NCBI GenBank assembly: GCA_050294405.1
Contig: JBNKOC010000028.1
Location: 352,001 to 416,000, forward strand
Length of the DNA: 64,000 nucleotides
Reading direction: 5' to 3'
DNA from: Fibrobacteria bacterium
GTDB lineage: Bacteria; Fibrobacterota; Fibrobacteria; UBA11236; JADFYW01
Shown here: piece after piece, positions 1 to 9,492 of the stretch
Numbering within the stretch: position 1 is the stretch's first letter
Layout of the letters: each line of letters starts with the position of its first letter
The notes under the pieces: generated by a model
What the model saw: the letters and a program-made list of their open reading frames with translations, nothing else
What the model was told of the DNA's origin: nothing
Database searches by the model: none
Program-made: the position numbers and the translations under genes

Positions 1-788
1 TGACTTAAGGAGTGGATGATTCCAAGGCCTTTTTGAAAGGTCATGCCTCCTTCAAGGGCGGCCATCATAAGTTCGCTGCGGGCTTCAAGATTTTGCCCGT
101 CTTTAACGGCAATGGGAAGGTTGGTACAGGCACGTTTTAATCCGTCCAAAGCAATAGCTTCAGCAGGAGGGTTAAACTTAGGGCTGCAAAAAGTTTCCAC
201 GCAATGGGAAATAGCATCAAGCCCCGCTCCCGCAGTCAAGGCAGGAGGTGTTCCCAAAGTTAAGCTGGGATCGCACATCACAGCTGTGGGTATTAAATGA
301 GGACTTAGAAAAGCCATCTTACGGCCATTGTTTAGAGTGACCAGCGCGGCGCGGCCTACTTCGCTTCCTGTTCCGGCCGTGGTGGGAATGGCAAAAACGG
401 GAGGTTTTTTTGATGTAATTTTTGGGAGGCCACCATTTAAAAAGGCATATTGCTCAATGGGCAATTCGTGACCCACCGCAACAGAAATAATTTTGGCGCA
501 ATCGATAGGAGAACCGCCGCCCAAGGCCACAATGCAATCGCAGTTATTTTCTTTAAAAAGTTCAACGCCTTTTAAAACACTATCTTCATCGGGATTGCTA
601 AAAATTTCGTCGAAAATTACAGCATCTTTACAACCTAATTTATCAACCATTCCCAGGGCTACAATTCCCTTATCCGTGGCAATTAGGGGTTTTTTAAGGT
701 TATTTTGTTGGAGCAACTCAGGAAGCAGACCAGCCGCTCCGGGTTTGAAATAAATACTGGATAAATAACTGATATCTGGAAGTAACAA
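1..788 (-). CDS. Iron-containing alcohol dehydrogenase (3' end runs off the window)
   Basis: Not in the ORF track; translated by hand on the minus strand from TTG at 788, after a GGAGGA RBS. It reads MLLPDISYLSSIYFKPGA...ATDKGI...SNPDEDSV...LGGGSPIDCAK...IPTTAGTGSEVGR, which are the family motifs. Confidence 0.9.
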   Translation of the reverse strand, partial: MLLPDISYLSSIYFKPGAAGLLPELLQQNNLKKPLIATDKGIVALGMVDKLGCKDAVIFDEIFSNPDEDSVLKGVELFKENNCDCIVALGGGSPIDCAKIISVAVGHELPIEQYAFLNGGLPKITSKKPPVFAIPTTAGTGSEVGRAALVTLNNGRKMAFLSPHLIPTAVMCDPSLTLGTPPALTAGAGLDAISHCVETFCSPKFNPPAEAIALDGLKRACTNLPIAVKDGQNLEARSELMMAALEGGMTFQKGLGIIHSLS

Positions 789-1021
789 CTGGGATCCTCC
801 GGTTTAGGAATGGACTAATATTGGTGGAATAAAATATATAAAAAGATATTAGGCGTCCATGAGCGAAATGGCAGAATAAAACAGTTGAACTACCATTGTA
901 CATTCTCGGAAGCTTTATGTAAATTATAGCAAATAAATACATCGCTTTTAAATTGATGCTTGGATGGGGAAAGGCATCATTGTATATATATTTGTCAAAA
1001 TAAAAGTCAACGGAGGATTTA

Positions 1022-1729
1022 ATGAATCACCAAAAAGTTGTAATTACCGGAGCTACTAAAGGAATTGGCGAAGCTGTAAGTTTGTGGGCTGCAGAAAATG
1101 GAATGCAGGTTTTAGCCGTCGCCAGAACAAAGGCTGACTTGGAAAGTTTGAAGGAAAAAAATCCCGATAAAATTTCCATATTTCCCTGTGATATTTCCAA
1201 TCGCGCTGAGGTGGAAGCCGCCCATGCCGAAATGGTTAAAACTGTAGGCGACCCTGACCTTCTTATTAACAATGCTGGTATTGTGTACAGCAGCGCTTTT
1301 TTGGAGCAGCCTTTGGATTACATTGATAACACCATTGATATCAACCTCAAAGGTAGTATGTACTGGACGCGTTTGGTTTTGCCTGCCATGGTTAAACAAA
1401 AATGGGGCCGGGTTATTAACATTTCCTCTGTGGCTGGCGTTCGTGGAATTCCCAATCAATCCTCTTATTGCACATCAAAATGGGGTTTGACCGGTTTTGG
1501 AGAAGCTTTGGCGCAGGAAATGCTCGAACATGGTGTGCATATTAATACTATATGCCCCGGTGCGGTGGATACTCCTCTCTGGAACCCTAAACATCCTTAC
1601 TTTTTCGGCGATAAAACAAAAATTATCAAGCCCAAGGAAATTGTGGATATGATTGAATTTTTATTAAAGCAGCCAGACACTACTTTTCACAAGAGAATGG
1701 TGCTCTTTCCTGCCCACGAATGGCATTAA
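1022..1729 (+). CDS. Short-chain dehydrogenase/reductase (SDR)
   Basis: TGATKGIG, NNAG and YCTSK catalytic motifs; GGAGGA RBS. Confidence 0.93.
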   Translation: MNHQKVVITGATKGIGEAVSLWAAENGMQVLAVARTKADLESLKEKNPDKISIFPCDISNRAEVEAAHAEMVKTVGDPDLLINNAGIVYSSAFLEQPLDYIDNTIDINLKGSMYWTRLVLPAMVKQKWGRVINISSVAGVRGIPNQSSYCTSKWGLTGFGEALAQEMLEHGVHINTICPGAVDTPLWNPKHPYFFGDKTKIIKPKEIVDMIEFLLKQPDTTFHKRMVLFPAHEWH

Positions 1730-1751
1730 TTTTTTAGTGCGGTGGATATCG

Positions 1752-1781
1752 AGGCGACGGAATTTTCCGTCGCCTTTTTTT
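1752..1781 (+). terminator. Intrinsic terminator after the SDR gene
   Basis: AGGCGACGGAA-TT-TTCCGTCGCCT perfect inverted repeat followed by a T run. Confidence 0.9.
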
Positions 1782-2081
1782 ATCTGTAGCAAGATATTAA
1801 GCCAATAATATTGGAATTTTTTAAATCTGGCGTTTTATTTGGTAGAAATCGGGAATCTGAAATTAGTTTCAAAACAAGCTGAGGCCAATTATTTATTTAA
1901 GCCTGCATCTCTCAAAAGCTCCGTCGAGTTCCAGAAAATAAAATAAGATCCGAACTCAAAGTCGTTTTGTGAGACACAGACTTAAATGAAATGGCACTCC
2001 GGAAGTTTTTAAAACAGGGCTCTAGCCTTTTTTGCAATAGCAAAAGATGTTGTGGGAACTAAAATTTTCTGAGGTATAAAT

Positions 2082-2132
2082 ATGGCTATATCAACAATCG
2101 CTTTATTGAGCGGATTAATTTTCACAACATAA
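2082..2132 (+). CDS. Possible 16-aa hydrophobic peptide MAISTIALLSGLIFTT
   Basis: GAGGT at 2071-2075, ATG at 2082, TAA at 2130; enclosed by an imperfect inverted repeat. Could be chance. Confidence 0.25.
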   Translation: MAISTIALLSGLIFTT

Positions 2133-2535
2133 ATCGAGTATTTCCAAAATGGAATTTCTTTTTCTGGGATAGCCAAATCAGATTGCTTCGTAGTAAAAAA
2201 TGTGGTCCGATATTTGTTTTTAATTTGGAGTTTAATTTCAAAACAACTGGCTGAAAAAACATTCAGGCAATGGGTCCTAGTTAGATACTCAGAATGAATG
2301 TGATTTTTTCAGTTAGTTCGTTTGAAATGGTGCTACTTTTGAAATTCAAAATTAACAATGCCTTGTGGCTCTTGTACCCACATTTAAAACGAGGTGAAAA
2401 GGTCAAAATCGCTTAATCTCAAGCAATGTTTGACGAAATTTTACACTGGACATTAAGGCAAAACTTTTAAACGAATTTGTTTCGAAATCCCACTAAATTA
2501 TTAGGATTTAAAAGAAGAAATAGGGAGAGTATTTC

Positions 2536-5145
2536 GTGAAATTGAGAACTTTAGCGTCTGTCGCGTTTCTGTTATTTGTAACAAGAATTCCATTTGCTCA
2601 AAACTTTAGCTGGGGAACGGTGACTATGGGAGGCGGCGGTTTTGTGTCTGCCATAATCACTTCAAAAACAGAAAAAAATTTGATTTATGCCCGAACTGAT
2701 GTGGGAGGAGCCTACCGCTGGAATGAATTCAATCAGTCCTGGATTCCATTAAATGACTGGCTTGATTTGAATTATAACGGGCTTTACGGTATATCAGCTA
2801 TTGCTCTGGACCCGGCAAATCCTTCCAGATTGTATATGTTAGCTGGTACCGATTATTGGAATGATGGAAAAACTATGATCCTTCGTTCCGAGGATTACGG
2901 GGCTAGTTTTGATACCATAAATGTAACATCGCAATTTAAAGCACATGGAAACGGATTTGGACGGCAAAATGGAGAACGGCTTGCTGTGGATCCTAATAAT
3001 CCAAACATTTTGTTTTGTGGAACTCGTTATGATGGTCTCTGGAAAAGTATGGATAGAGGTTCAACCTGGTCTCCTGTTGCAGGGGTACCAGCCCCTTCCA
3101 ATACAGAAGGCGTAAACATTGTTTTGTTTGACCCAAATGTGGTATCCGGGGGAGTGACCCAAAGAATATACATCGGGTTATCTGTAACGGGAGACAACAT
3201 GTATGTTTCCAATGACGCCGGGGCTAGTTTTTCTCCCATGCCCCTACCCGAATTGTCACGGCAGTTAATGCCGCAAAGAGCTGTTTTAACTCCAGGGGGC
3301 CACTTCTTATATGTGACTGCTGCAGACGGCGCCGGCCCGGGATTTGGAAATGGAACCACAATTACAAGAGGCGCCGTTTTTAAATACGACACCCAGGCCA
3401 AAAGCTGGACAGATATCTCTCCTGAAAACTGGGTAGACGATCCACCAGATCCGGAAAATCCCGGCCAAACCCTATGGGATGCCCATTTTGGGGGCTACGG
3501 AGGTATAAGTATTGATGCGGCCGATTCAAATAAGTTGGTAGTGTCTTCCACAAATACCTGGAAACCCCAGCGTTGGGATAACTCAACGGCTGTAGGATGG
3601 GGGGATAAAATTTTTGCCAGCAGCGATGGAGGGCAAAGTTGGGTTAATGTATTCGGGGATTTGGGGGATGGAGAGGCAAGTCAGGTCCCTGAGGATCATC
3701 CCGTGGCTGTGCTGGATAAAAACGGGTATAACTGGATTGAAGGGGAAAGTATACATTGGGCCGGAAGCATCGAAATGGATCCATTTAACCCAAAAAGGGT
3801 GTTTGTAACTTCTGGAAATGGCATATACATGGCGGATAATTTTACGCCAGGCTCCCGCTTTCAGTTCCATTTTTGCGTGAAAGATTTAGAAGAAACGGTT
3901 GCTGAAGATTTGGTAAGTATTCCAGGCGGGCCTCTCATTACAGTTATTGGTGATTATGATGGTTTTGTACACCACAACATTAGAAAGCCAGTAAATGGAA
4001 GTCGGCATTCTCCCAGAATTGGTTCCACCACCGGGATTGATTATGCCACCCAAAATCCAGGAGTAGTGGTGAGAGTTGGTGGCAACGATAAACAAGCCAG
4101 CGATGCTGAATATGTTTTTCCCTTGTATTACAGTTTGGATACTGGAAATACCTGGACTGCTTTCGCCACACATCCTGGTCCAGGTCAGAACTATAAAGGT
4201 AAAATAGCCGTTTCTACCGATGGGAAAGTTGTGCTCTGGAATCCTAATGAAAAAAGTGCGATATATAGAACAGATGATTGGGGTGTGACATGGACAGAAG
4301 TTACGGGGATTTCAGTTCAAGACCCATTTCCCACAGCAGATCCGGTAAATCCAAATGTATTTTATGCCTTTGGCGGACAGGTTTATAAAAGTACAAACAA
4401 GGGCGTGAGTTTTGCAGCGGTAAGCGCTCAAAACTTTTCCTGGTCCCCGGATATGCAGGTTACCCCTGACCGAGAGGGCCATGTATGGGTGGTTGGTTTT
4501 GCCTGGGATGGAGTAAACGGAGGTTATCTTGCTCGCTCCACCGATGGAGGGGAAAGCTTTGTAAACATCGACCCAGCATCAGATCCTATTTATACACAAA
4601 AAATCCAGCATGCTGAAGCGGTTGGGTTTGGAAAAGCCGCTCCTGGAGCAGATTATCCTGCCATATACATATCCGGCACTATAGACGGAGAAAAGGGAGT
4701 CTTTCAATCAATTGACGAAGCTAAAACTTGGACCAGAATAGACGACCCCAACCACCAATATGGATCTCTTTCCAACGGTAATTTTATTCGCGGGGATGCC
4801 AATACTTTTGGTGTTGTGTACCGCAGTACCGCTGGGCGTGGGATAGCAGCGCGCTTTCCCAGTGAGTGGCTGGGTTTTGAAATTCGGCCTGTTAATAATT
4901 CAAAAGCTCGGGCTGGAAATATAAAATTACAAGGATCAAATATTTTAGTTGCTTTAAATGACTTGAAAATGATTAGGCTGGAAGCTTATTCCCTAAATGG
5001 CCGAATATTAAAATCAGTAGCTCTATATCAGGATACTATTTTACCTTTAAATTTCTTTTCAAATGGCAAGCAGGAAATTGTTTTTGTTATAAAGGATTAT
5101 AACAATCATATTATTAGTAGCCAAAAGCTTATTAACCGAAACTAG
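2536..5145 (+). CDS. Secreted GH74 xyloglucanase with C-terminal sorting-like tail
   Basis: Signal peptide; GGGGFV, YARTDVGGAYRW and GDYDGF (the two GH74 catalytic Asp motifs); repeated SxDxGxS/TW BNR boxes; tail LEAYSLNGRIL. Confidence 0.9.
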   Translation: MKLRTLASVAFLLFVTRIPFAQNFSWGTVTMGGGGFVSAIITSKTEKNLIYARTDVGGAYRWNEFNQSWIPLNDWLDLNYNGLYGISAIALDPANPSRLYMLAGTDYWNDGKTMILRSEDYGASFDTINVTSQFKAHGNGFGRQNGERLAVDPNNPNILFCGTRYDGLWKSMDRGSTWSPVAGVPAPSNTEGVNIVLFDPNVVSGGVTQRIYIGLSVTGDNMYVSNDAGASFSPMPLPELSRQLMPQRAVLTPGGHFLYVTAADGAGPGFGNGTTITRGAVFKYDTQAKSWTDISPENWVDDPPDPENPGQTLWDAHFGGYGGISIDAADSNKLVVSSTNTWKPQRWDNSTAVGWGDKIFASSDGGQSWVNVFGDLGDGEASQVPEDHPVAVLDKNGYNWIEGESIHWAGSIEMDPFNPKRVFVTSGNGIYMADNFTPGSRFQFHFCVKDLEETVAEDLVSIPGGPLITVIGDYDGFVHHNIRKPVNGSRHSPRIGSTTGIDYATQNPGVVVRVGGNDKQASDAEYVFPLYYSLDTGNTWTAFATHPGPGQNYKGKIAVSTDGKVVLWNPNEKSAIYRTDDWGVTWTEVTGISVQDPFPTADPVNPNVFYAFGGQVYKSTNKGVSFAAVSAQNFSWSPDMQVTPDREGHVWVVGFAWDGVNGGYLARSTDGGESFVNIDPASDPIYTQKIQHAEAVGFGKAAPGADYPAIYISGTIDGEKGVFQSIDEAKTWTRIDDPNHQYGSLSNGNFIRGDANTFGVVYRSTAGRGIAARFPSEWLGFEIRPVNNSKARAGNIKLQGSNILVALNDLKMIRLEAYSLNGRILKSVALYQDTILPLNFFSNGKQEIVFVIKDYNNHIISSQKLINRN

Positions 5146-5229
5146 TTGGACAGAAAACGAACCGAGAGTTTTTATGATTAAACATGTCGAGCTTGAAGGA
5201 GCCCTGCGAAGGCCATTTTTAAAGCTCCC

Positions 5230-5691
5230 TTAAGCCAGTTCCCAGAACCAAACTTCCTGAGATAAACTAAAATAATCGGGGCTTCCCTTGGCCATTTTGT
5301 CTTTGTTCCACAAATCGATGTGATCTCCGGAATTTCCAGGGCCCCAAAAATTCATAAAAAAAGCAATGCCTGTTTTGCCTTTGTAATCGGCATCGCTAAT
5401 GTTATCGCTTTTTTTCTTAATATCCACTTCGCCGAACTGTGTCTTTTGGGTTTTCATCCAATTGGCGAGTTCCTCGGCTCTTAGAATATGTTCTTCGGAT
5501 TTGTCGTGAAACCAACATCTTACCTTTTTAAAACTGCTTAAATCCACTGCGCTTCGTTTAAAACAAACTCCCATTCGTATGGCACACTGATTGGCAAAGG
5601 CTGCCGTTCCGGATTTATTTTTACAGGGGCTGTCGTCTTTTTCTTTATTCATGGGGTGGTTTCCCCATAAAGTATTAAAGTCAGCGGTCAT
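5230..5691 (-). CDS. Tae4-family (T6SS-type) peptidoglycan amidase effector
   Basis: NQCAIRM (catalytic Cys), LRAEELANW, GKTGIAFF, GDHIDLWN (catalytic His) and C-terminal VWFW; no signal peptide. Confidence 0.82.
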   Translation of the reverse strand: MTADFNTLWGNHPMNKEKDDSPCKNKSGTAAFANQCAIRMGVCFKRSAVDLSSFKKVRCWFHDKSEEHILRAEELANWMKTQKTQFGEVDIKKKSDNISDADYKGKTGIAFFMNFWGPGNSGDHIDLWNKDKMAKGSPDYFSLSQEVWFWELA

Positions 5692-5702
5692 ATAAATCCT
5701 TT

Positions 5703-6176
5703 TTACTCATGGGTCATAATCCACAACATTTTGTTGTCAATCCAGTTATTGCAATTTAAGCGATGGTTGAAAATTTTTTGTTTAACCACCAATTTGTTGG
5801 GATATACCAAAAGAGCCTTAGCCAATATTTCGCAAACGCTTCCAGGATTGTGGCTAATAATAGACATCCCCACAGAATTGTGTAAGTCGGGATAATTTTC
5901 TTGTTTCGCACTTTGGTCTGCCTTAGTGGGCTCTGTGGAAAAATGGCAGGGTGCTGGAAGGCCTGTTTCCAAAACACTTTCTTTATAATGGATAAGGCAA
6001 CTATCGGTTTTGCTTCGGCTTATTTTTACCTCTCCGTAAGAAGTTGTGGCAGAATCCAGAAATAAAATTTGCTGGGTTTGAGACGAGTCTAAATTATTCT
6101 GAGCTCCAGCCCACCCAAAGATAAAAGCTACCCAGACCAAATTTCGGAAACCGGTAATAAAAATCGAAAATTTCAT
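5703..6176 (-). CDS. Exported hypothetical protein, candidate immunity partner of the Tae4-like amidase
   Basis: Sec signal peptide (…WAGA-Q), four Cys, stop codon 11 nt before the amidase ATG on the same strand. The immunity role is inferred. Confidence 0.55.
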   Translation of the reverse strand: MKFSIFITGFRNLVWVAFIFGWAGAQNNLDSSQTQQILFLDSATTSYGEVKISRSKTDSCLIHYKESVLETGLPAPCHFSTEPTKADQSAKQENYPDLHNSVGMSIISHNPGSVCEILAKALLVYPNKLVVKQKIFNHRLNCNNWIDNKMLWIMTHE

Positions 6177-6329
6177 AACGCCTTTTTGCTTTATAATCTA
6201 TCAATTCTTAATCATCTTATCAATGTATGCTGAGTCACGGTTTTTCCCATTACATTTGCGCAAATTGAAAAAATATTGCACATTTAGAGATACAAATGCC
6301 TTAATTTTAAATTTTTCCCTTTAAAAAAA

Positions 6330-6345
6330 TGGCAGTGGTTTTGCT
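6330..6345 (+). promoter_or_regulatory. Candidate sigma-54 (-24/-12) promoter
   Basis: TGGCAGTGGTTTTGCT fits TGGCA…TTGCW with exact GG-N10-GC spacing; palindrome ATTTGCGCAAAT lies upstream at 6254-6265. Confidence 0.45.
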
Positions 6346-6357
6346 TTAATGATAATT

Positions 6358-6942
6358 ATGAAAATAATAATATTCTGCTTTCTGTTTGCTGGCTGGGCAA
6401 AAATGGCTACGGCTAAGATTAATTTTATTCACGACAACCATTTCGCGGCTAATTTGAAATTCATTGGTCTTACTTATCATCCAGGCGGGGGTGAAGGGGA
6501 CTACCCCCTTTCTTTTGATAAAGAGGGTTTTTTGGTTTTGCAAACCGGTCTTGAGGCCGATGGCGACTACTATCTAAATCCATATATATTGATCCGCACC
6601 TCCACCAGTTTGTATCTGGATTGCGCTCTTTTGTGGTCCGGATTTTTTCATGTCGGGCCCCGACTCAATTTGCCATTAGGTGAAAGGCTGGAGTTTCGAA
6701 TTGGCATTGGTCCCACGCTGATTTGGCGGCAAAACTGGTGGGGAGAGGTGGATTGGTATAATGGAGATTTATTTTACGGCAAAGAAGAAAATAACAAGGC
6801 CATACAAACGGCCTATTTGTGGTATGGCGGCAATATTGAAATTGAATATAAATTAAATGAAAGTTTTAGCTTGGCCTATAGTGTTGTACCAGGCTATCCC
6901 CAGGTTTTTACCAATAGTTTTGGGGCTCGCAAGCATTTTTAA
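6358..6942 (+). CDS. Small putative outer-membrane beta-barrel protein
   Basis: Signal peptide (MKIIIFCFLFAGW…), alternating hydrophobic beta-strand pattern, C-terminal Phe. The ORF track starts at 6349; ATG 6358 gives a cleaner signal peptide. Confidence 0.6.
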   Translation: MKIIIFCFLFAGWAKMATAKINFIHDNHFAANLKFIGLTYHPGGGEGDYPLSFDKEGFLVLQTGLEADGDYYLNPYILIRTSTSLYLDCALLWSGFFHVGPRLNLPLGERLEFRIGIGPTLIWRQNWWGEVDWYNGDLFYGKEENNKAIQTAYLWYGGNIEIEYKLNESFSLAYSVVPGYPQVFTNSFGARKHF

Positions 6943-6993
6943 GCAGGAACTGTATCCGACCCAAAATCAGTTGGACATTTATGGTTTGCATCC

Positions 6994-9285
6994 CTATTGG
7001 TAAAGCTGCAGGTTTCCGTTTTTAGTGGATCTAATTTTTAATATGTAAGGCGTTCCATATTTATGCCTCGGTAACAAACTTGCCAGCCTGTGGGTAAATT
7101 CCCCCTTAGGCAAGCTAAGATTTTTAGCCGCTAATCTTCTTCCCATATTGTCAAACAACACAATGCTCACGATATCTCTTTGTACTAATTGAAAGCGTAT
7201 GTTGTTGTCTCCAACGCCTACAAAATAAAATTCGGAATGAGGAGCTAGCTTTCCGGCTTGGGCGTCACTGGGTTTAATTGCAGTTCCCGTATATCGACTA
7301 AAGGGAACCACTGAAAACTGAGGCTCCGAAGAATAATCCTGCTTTGGATTTCTGGTTTCATATTTAATCCAAGCTTCTAATGCGCCCGGGACATCCAGAT
7401 CAACTGCAACTGCCAGAGCGGGTTGCATATTGGCTCCGTATCCCGTGGGGCTTTCCGGGTAACCGTTCATTTCAAGCCCATCGCAATTTTCAGCCGATAC
7501 ATTGGCGTCGTCATAGGCTTCAAAACTTGCAAAATACTCCCCATTTCCATCCTTTAATTCATCGGTGTATCTTGGGGCCTGGAGCCAGCAATTAGAGGCT
7601 ATCATGCGATTTATGGGGTAGGCTAATTTATAAAGGGCCATGGGCTTGATATTTTCATAGCCCATCAGGAAAATATAACCCACTGTCCAGGAAAAGAAAT
7701 CGTCCATCCATGGCCTTGGATCGGATGTTGTGAGGACCCCTAATTTATTGGCGGACGGATCCTGGGGGTAGAGGTTGTTGTAATTTTCAATATTGTTTTG
7801 GAGCATTTTTTCGAAATAATCTTTGAGAGGGTGGTCATCCGGAGTAATAAATGCGGCGTTGGCCAGAGTTCGCATGGTCCAGGCCTGTCCCCTGGTTTGA
7901 TTGTGGTTGAGGAGACCTTTGTCAAAACCCCGGTAGGATGGGTTTGAAACAATGGTGTTGTAGTTGGCCCAGAATTGAAGTTCTTCCAGGAAAAAATAAT
8001 CTCCGGAGCACAGGTAAGGCAAATAGGCAATGGAGGGTTGGTGTGCCTGGTCCGGTGTGTATTTCTCAAGTCCATTGGCTTCATCGGGAAAGGCTTCGCT
8101 TTTTCCGGTTTTTGGATTTATGGCATCGCTGGGATTGCCTAGCAAGGTCATGTAGGGAAAATCCACAATGGTTATGGGCAAGTCTGTATTTTGGTCCCGG
8201 TAATGGATTTGATAGCTTCCTCCGGCCTGCCCATTGGCAAAGGCACTTTTTAAGGCCCGAGTATTTTTTGAAGTCAGATAAAGGGCTGAAAAATTAGGTA
8301 GAGGCCCGATTCCGGCGTTGGCTCCTGTTTCCGGAAAATAGTCGGACAAATTCCCGTTGCTCATGGGGGGAAAATTCGTTTCCAATGCGGACAATGCGTT
8401 CGGGTCAATACTTATCCCCAAATTATAGGTTGGAACACTACGTGTTTGGATCAGATAGCTGTTATCGTGAGCATATTCCACGAAAGGCGCATCTCCAAGC
8501 CAATAAACTTTTCTCCATCGAGAATGATGGGTGTGCTCAATTCCCTGGATTTCATCCACTGCTTCGCCATTTAGCTCAAGGGTCGCATCATATACAAAGC
8601 CGGAGGGGTTTGGCACAAAACTCCAGGTGTTTTCTATGGATATATCCGCTCTTAAATGGTTTAACCCTTCATAGGCCCTAAGTTCCAGCCGCAGGCTGAG
8701 GTGTGGGTGAGGGGAGTTTTGATCGTCTTTAAAAGGGACTGATGTTATCCAGGAGGTTAAAATATTTCCCCCTAACCACTTTTTTGTTTTGGGTTGTTGC
8801 AAGGCCTCCATCAAATCAGCCGTATAAGTTGCACTACCGGTATATATAGACACTTTTCCCGAAAAATCGGAGCCCACCAAATCGGAAAGGTTAAGAGAAG
8901 CTTGGGTTGAAGTTTGGGATGTTTTTGAAATGATAAAGGTTTTATTTTGCTTTGCGTTAAATGTATTCGCCTTAAAAGAAATGATTCCGTGCCTGAGTGA
9001 GCCATCCGGCCATGTAGCCTTAACATCTAATTGGGTCGGAATTTCATTGTTGTTTTCATCTAATATGACGACGCCTGAATTTTCCGGAACATCCCCTAAT
9101 TTAAAAACCTGGCCAAATGTTATAGGTTCATTAGATACTTCGGATGTTCCGCTGTTCGTTAAATATAATTTGCAAATTTCTTGAGAAAACAATGCAGAGC
9201 TTGCAAAGAAAATTATGGATAAAATAAGCTTGTTGTTCCATTTTAAATACCACTTTTGATATTTGCTTACATTGGCAAAATGCAT
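6994..9285 (-). CDS. Secreted uncharacterised protein: N-terminal beta domains, aromatic-rich helical domain (lyase-like) and C-terminal sorting-like tail
   Basis: Signal peptide (…ALFS-Q); ITFGQVF…WPDGSLRH resembles the N-terminus of PcRGLX/YetA-like proteins; AHQPS…YL…EELQFWA and QTRGQAW motifs; tail VLFDNMGRRL…YILKI. Confidence 0.55.
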   Translation of the reverse strand: MHFANVSKYQKWYLKWNNKLILSIIFFASSALFSQEICKLYLTNSGTSEVSNEPITFGQVFKLGDVPENSGVVILDENNNEIPTQLDVKATWPDGSLRHGIISFKANTFNAKQNKTFIISKTSQTSTQASLNLSDLVGSDFSGKVSIYTGSATYTADLMEALQQPKTKKWLGGNILTSWITSVPFKDDQNSPHPHLSLRLELRAYEGLNHLRADISIENTWSFVPNPSGFVYDATLELNGEAVDEIQGIEHTHHSRWRKVYWLGDAPFVEYAHDNSYLIQTRSVPTYNLGISIDPNALSALETNFPPMSNGNLSDYFPETGANAGIGPLPNFSALYLTSKNTRALKSAFANGQAGGSYQIHYRDQNTDLPITIVDFPYMTLLGNPSDAINPKTGKSEAFPDEANGLEKYTPDQAHQPSIAYLPYLCSGDYFFLEELQFWANYNTIVSNPSYRGFDKGLLNHNQTRGQAWTMRTLANAAFITPDDHPLKDYFEKMLQNNIENYNNLYPQDPSANKLGVLTTSDPRPWMDDFFSWTVGYIFLMGYENIKPMALYKLAYPINRMIASNCWLQAPRYTDELKDGNGEYFASFEAYDDANVSAENCDGLEMNGYPESPTGYGANMQPALAVAVDLDVPGALEAWIKYETRNPKQDYSSEPQFSVVPFSRYTGTAIKPSDAQAGKLAPHSEFYFVGVGDNNIRFQLVQRDIVSIVLFDNMGRRLAAKNLSLPKGEFTHRLASLLPRHKYGTPYILKIRSTKNGNLQLYQ

Positions 9286-9492
9286 TTTATGGACCTCCCG
9301 GGAGAATCAAAAATTTCTAATAAAAGAGGAATGAACTGTATCGATTTATTATACGATTCTATCATCTATTATGTAAAAGTTTGTGGATAATGACAAATTT
9401 ATGGGCCGAAGAAAGGCGTTTTTTTGAATTTAAACAAGCGTTCTATGTGTTTTAGACTAGTTAAATAGAAAATAGTTGCATACATTTTAACT

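Noticed and set aside
43..942. ORFs 43-300(+), 493-753(+) and 718-942(-)
   Set aside because: Shadows of, or overlapping, the minus-strand Fe-ADH gene, which carries the family motifs.
2047..2130. Resemblance to the E. coli lac promoter/operator (ATGTTGTG…TGAGCGGAT…TTTCACA)
   Set aside because: The matches are short, interrupted by about 45 unrelated nt, with no other vector sequence; treated as coincidence rather than contamination.
1863..2250. Repeated TTTCAAAACAA motif near 1867 and 2236
   Set aside because: Only two short copies in AT-rich DNA; not a CRISPR repeat and not distinguishable from chance.
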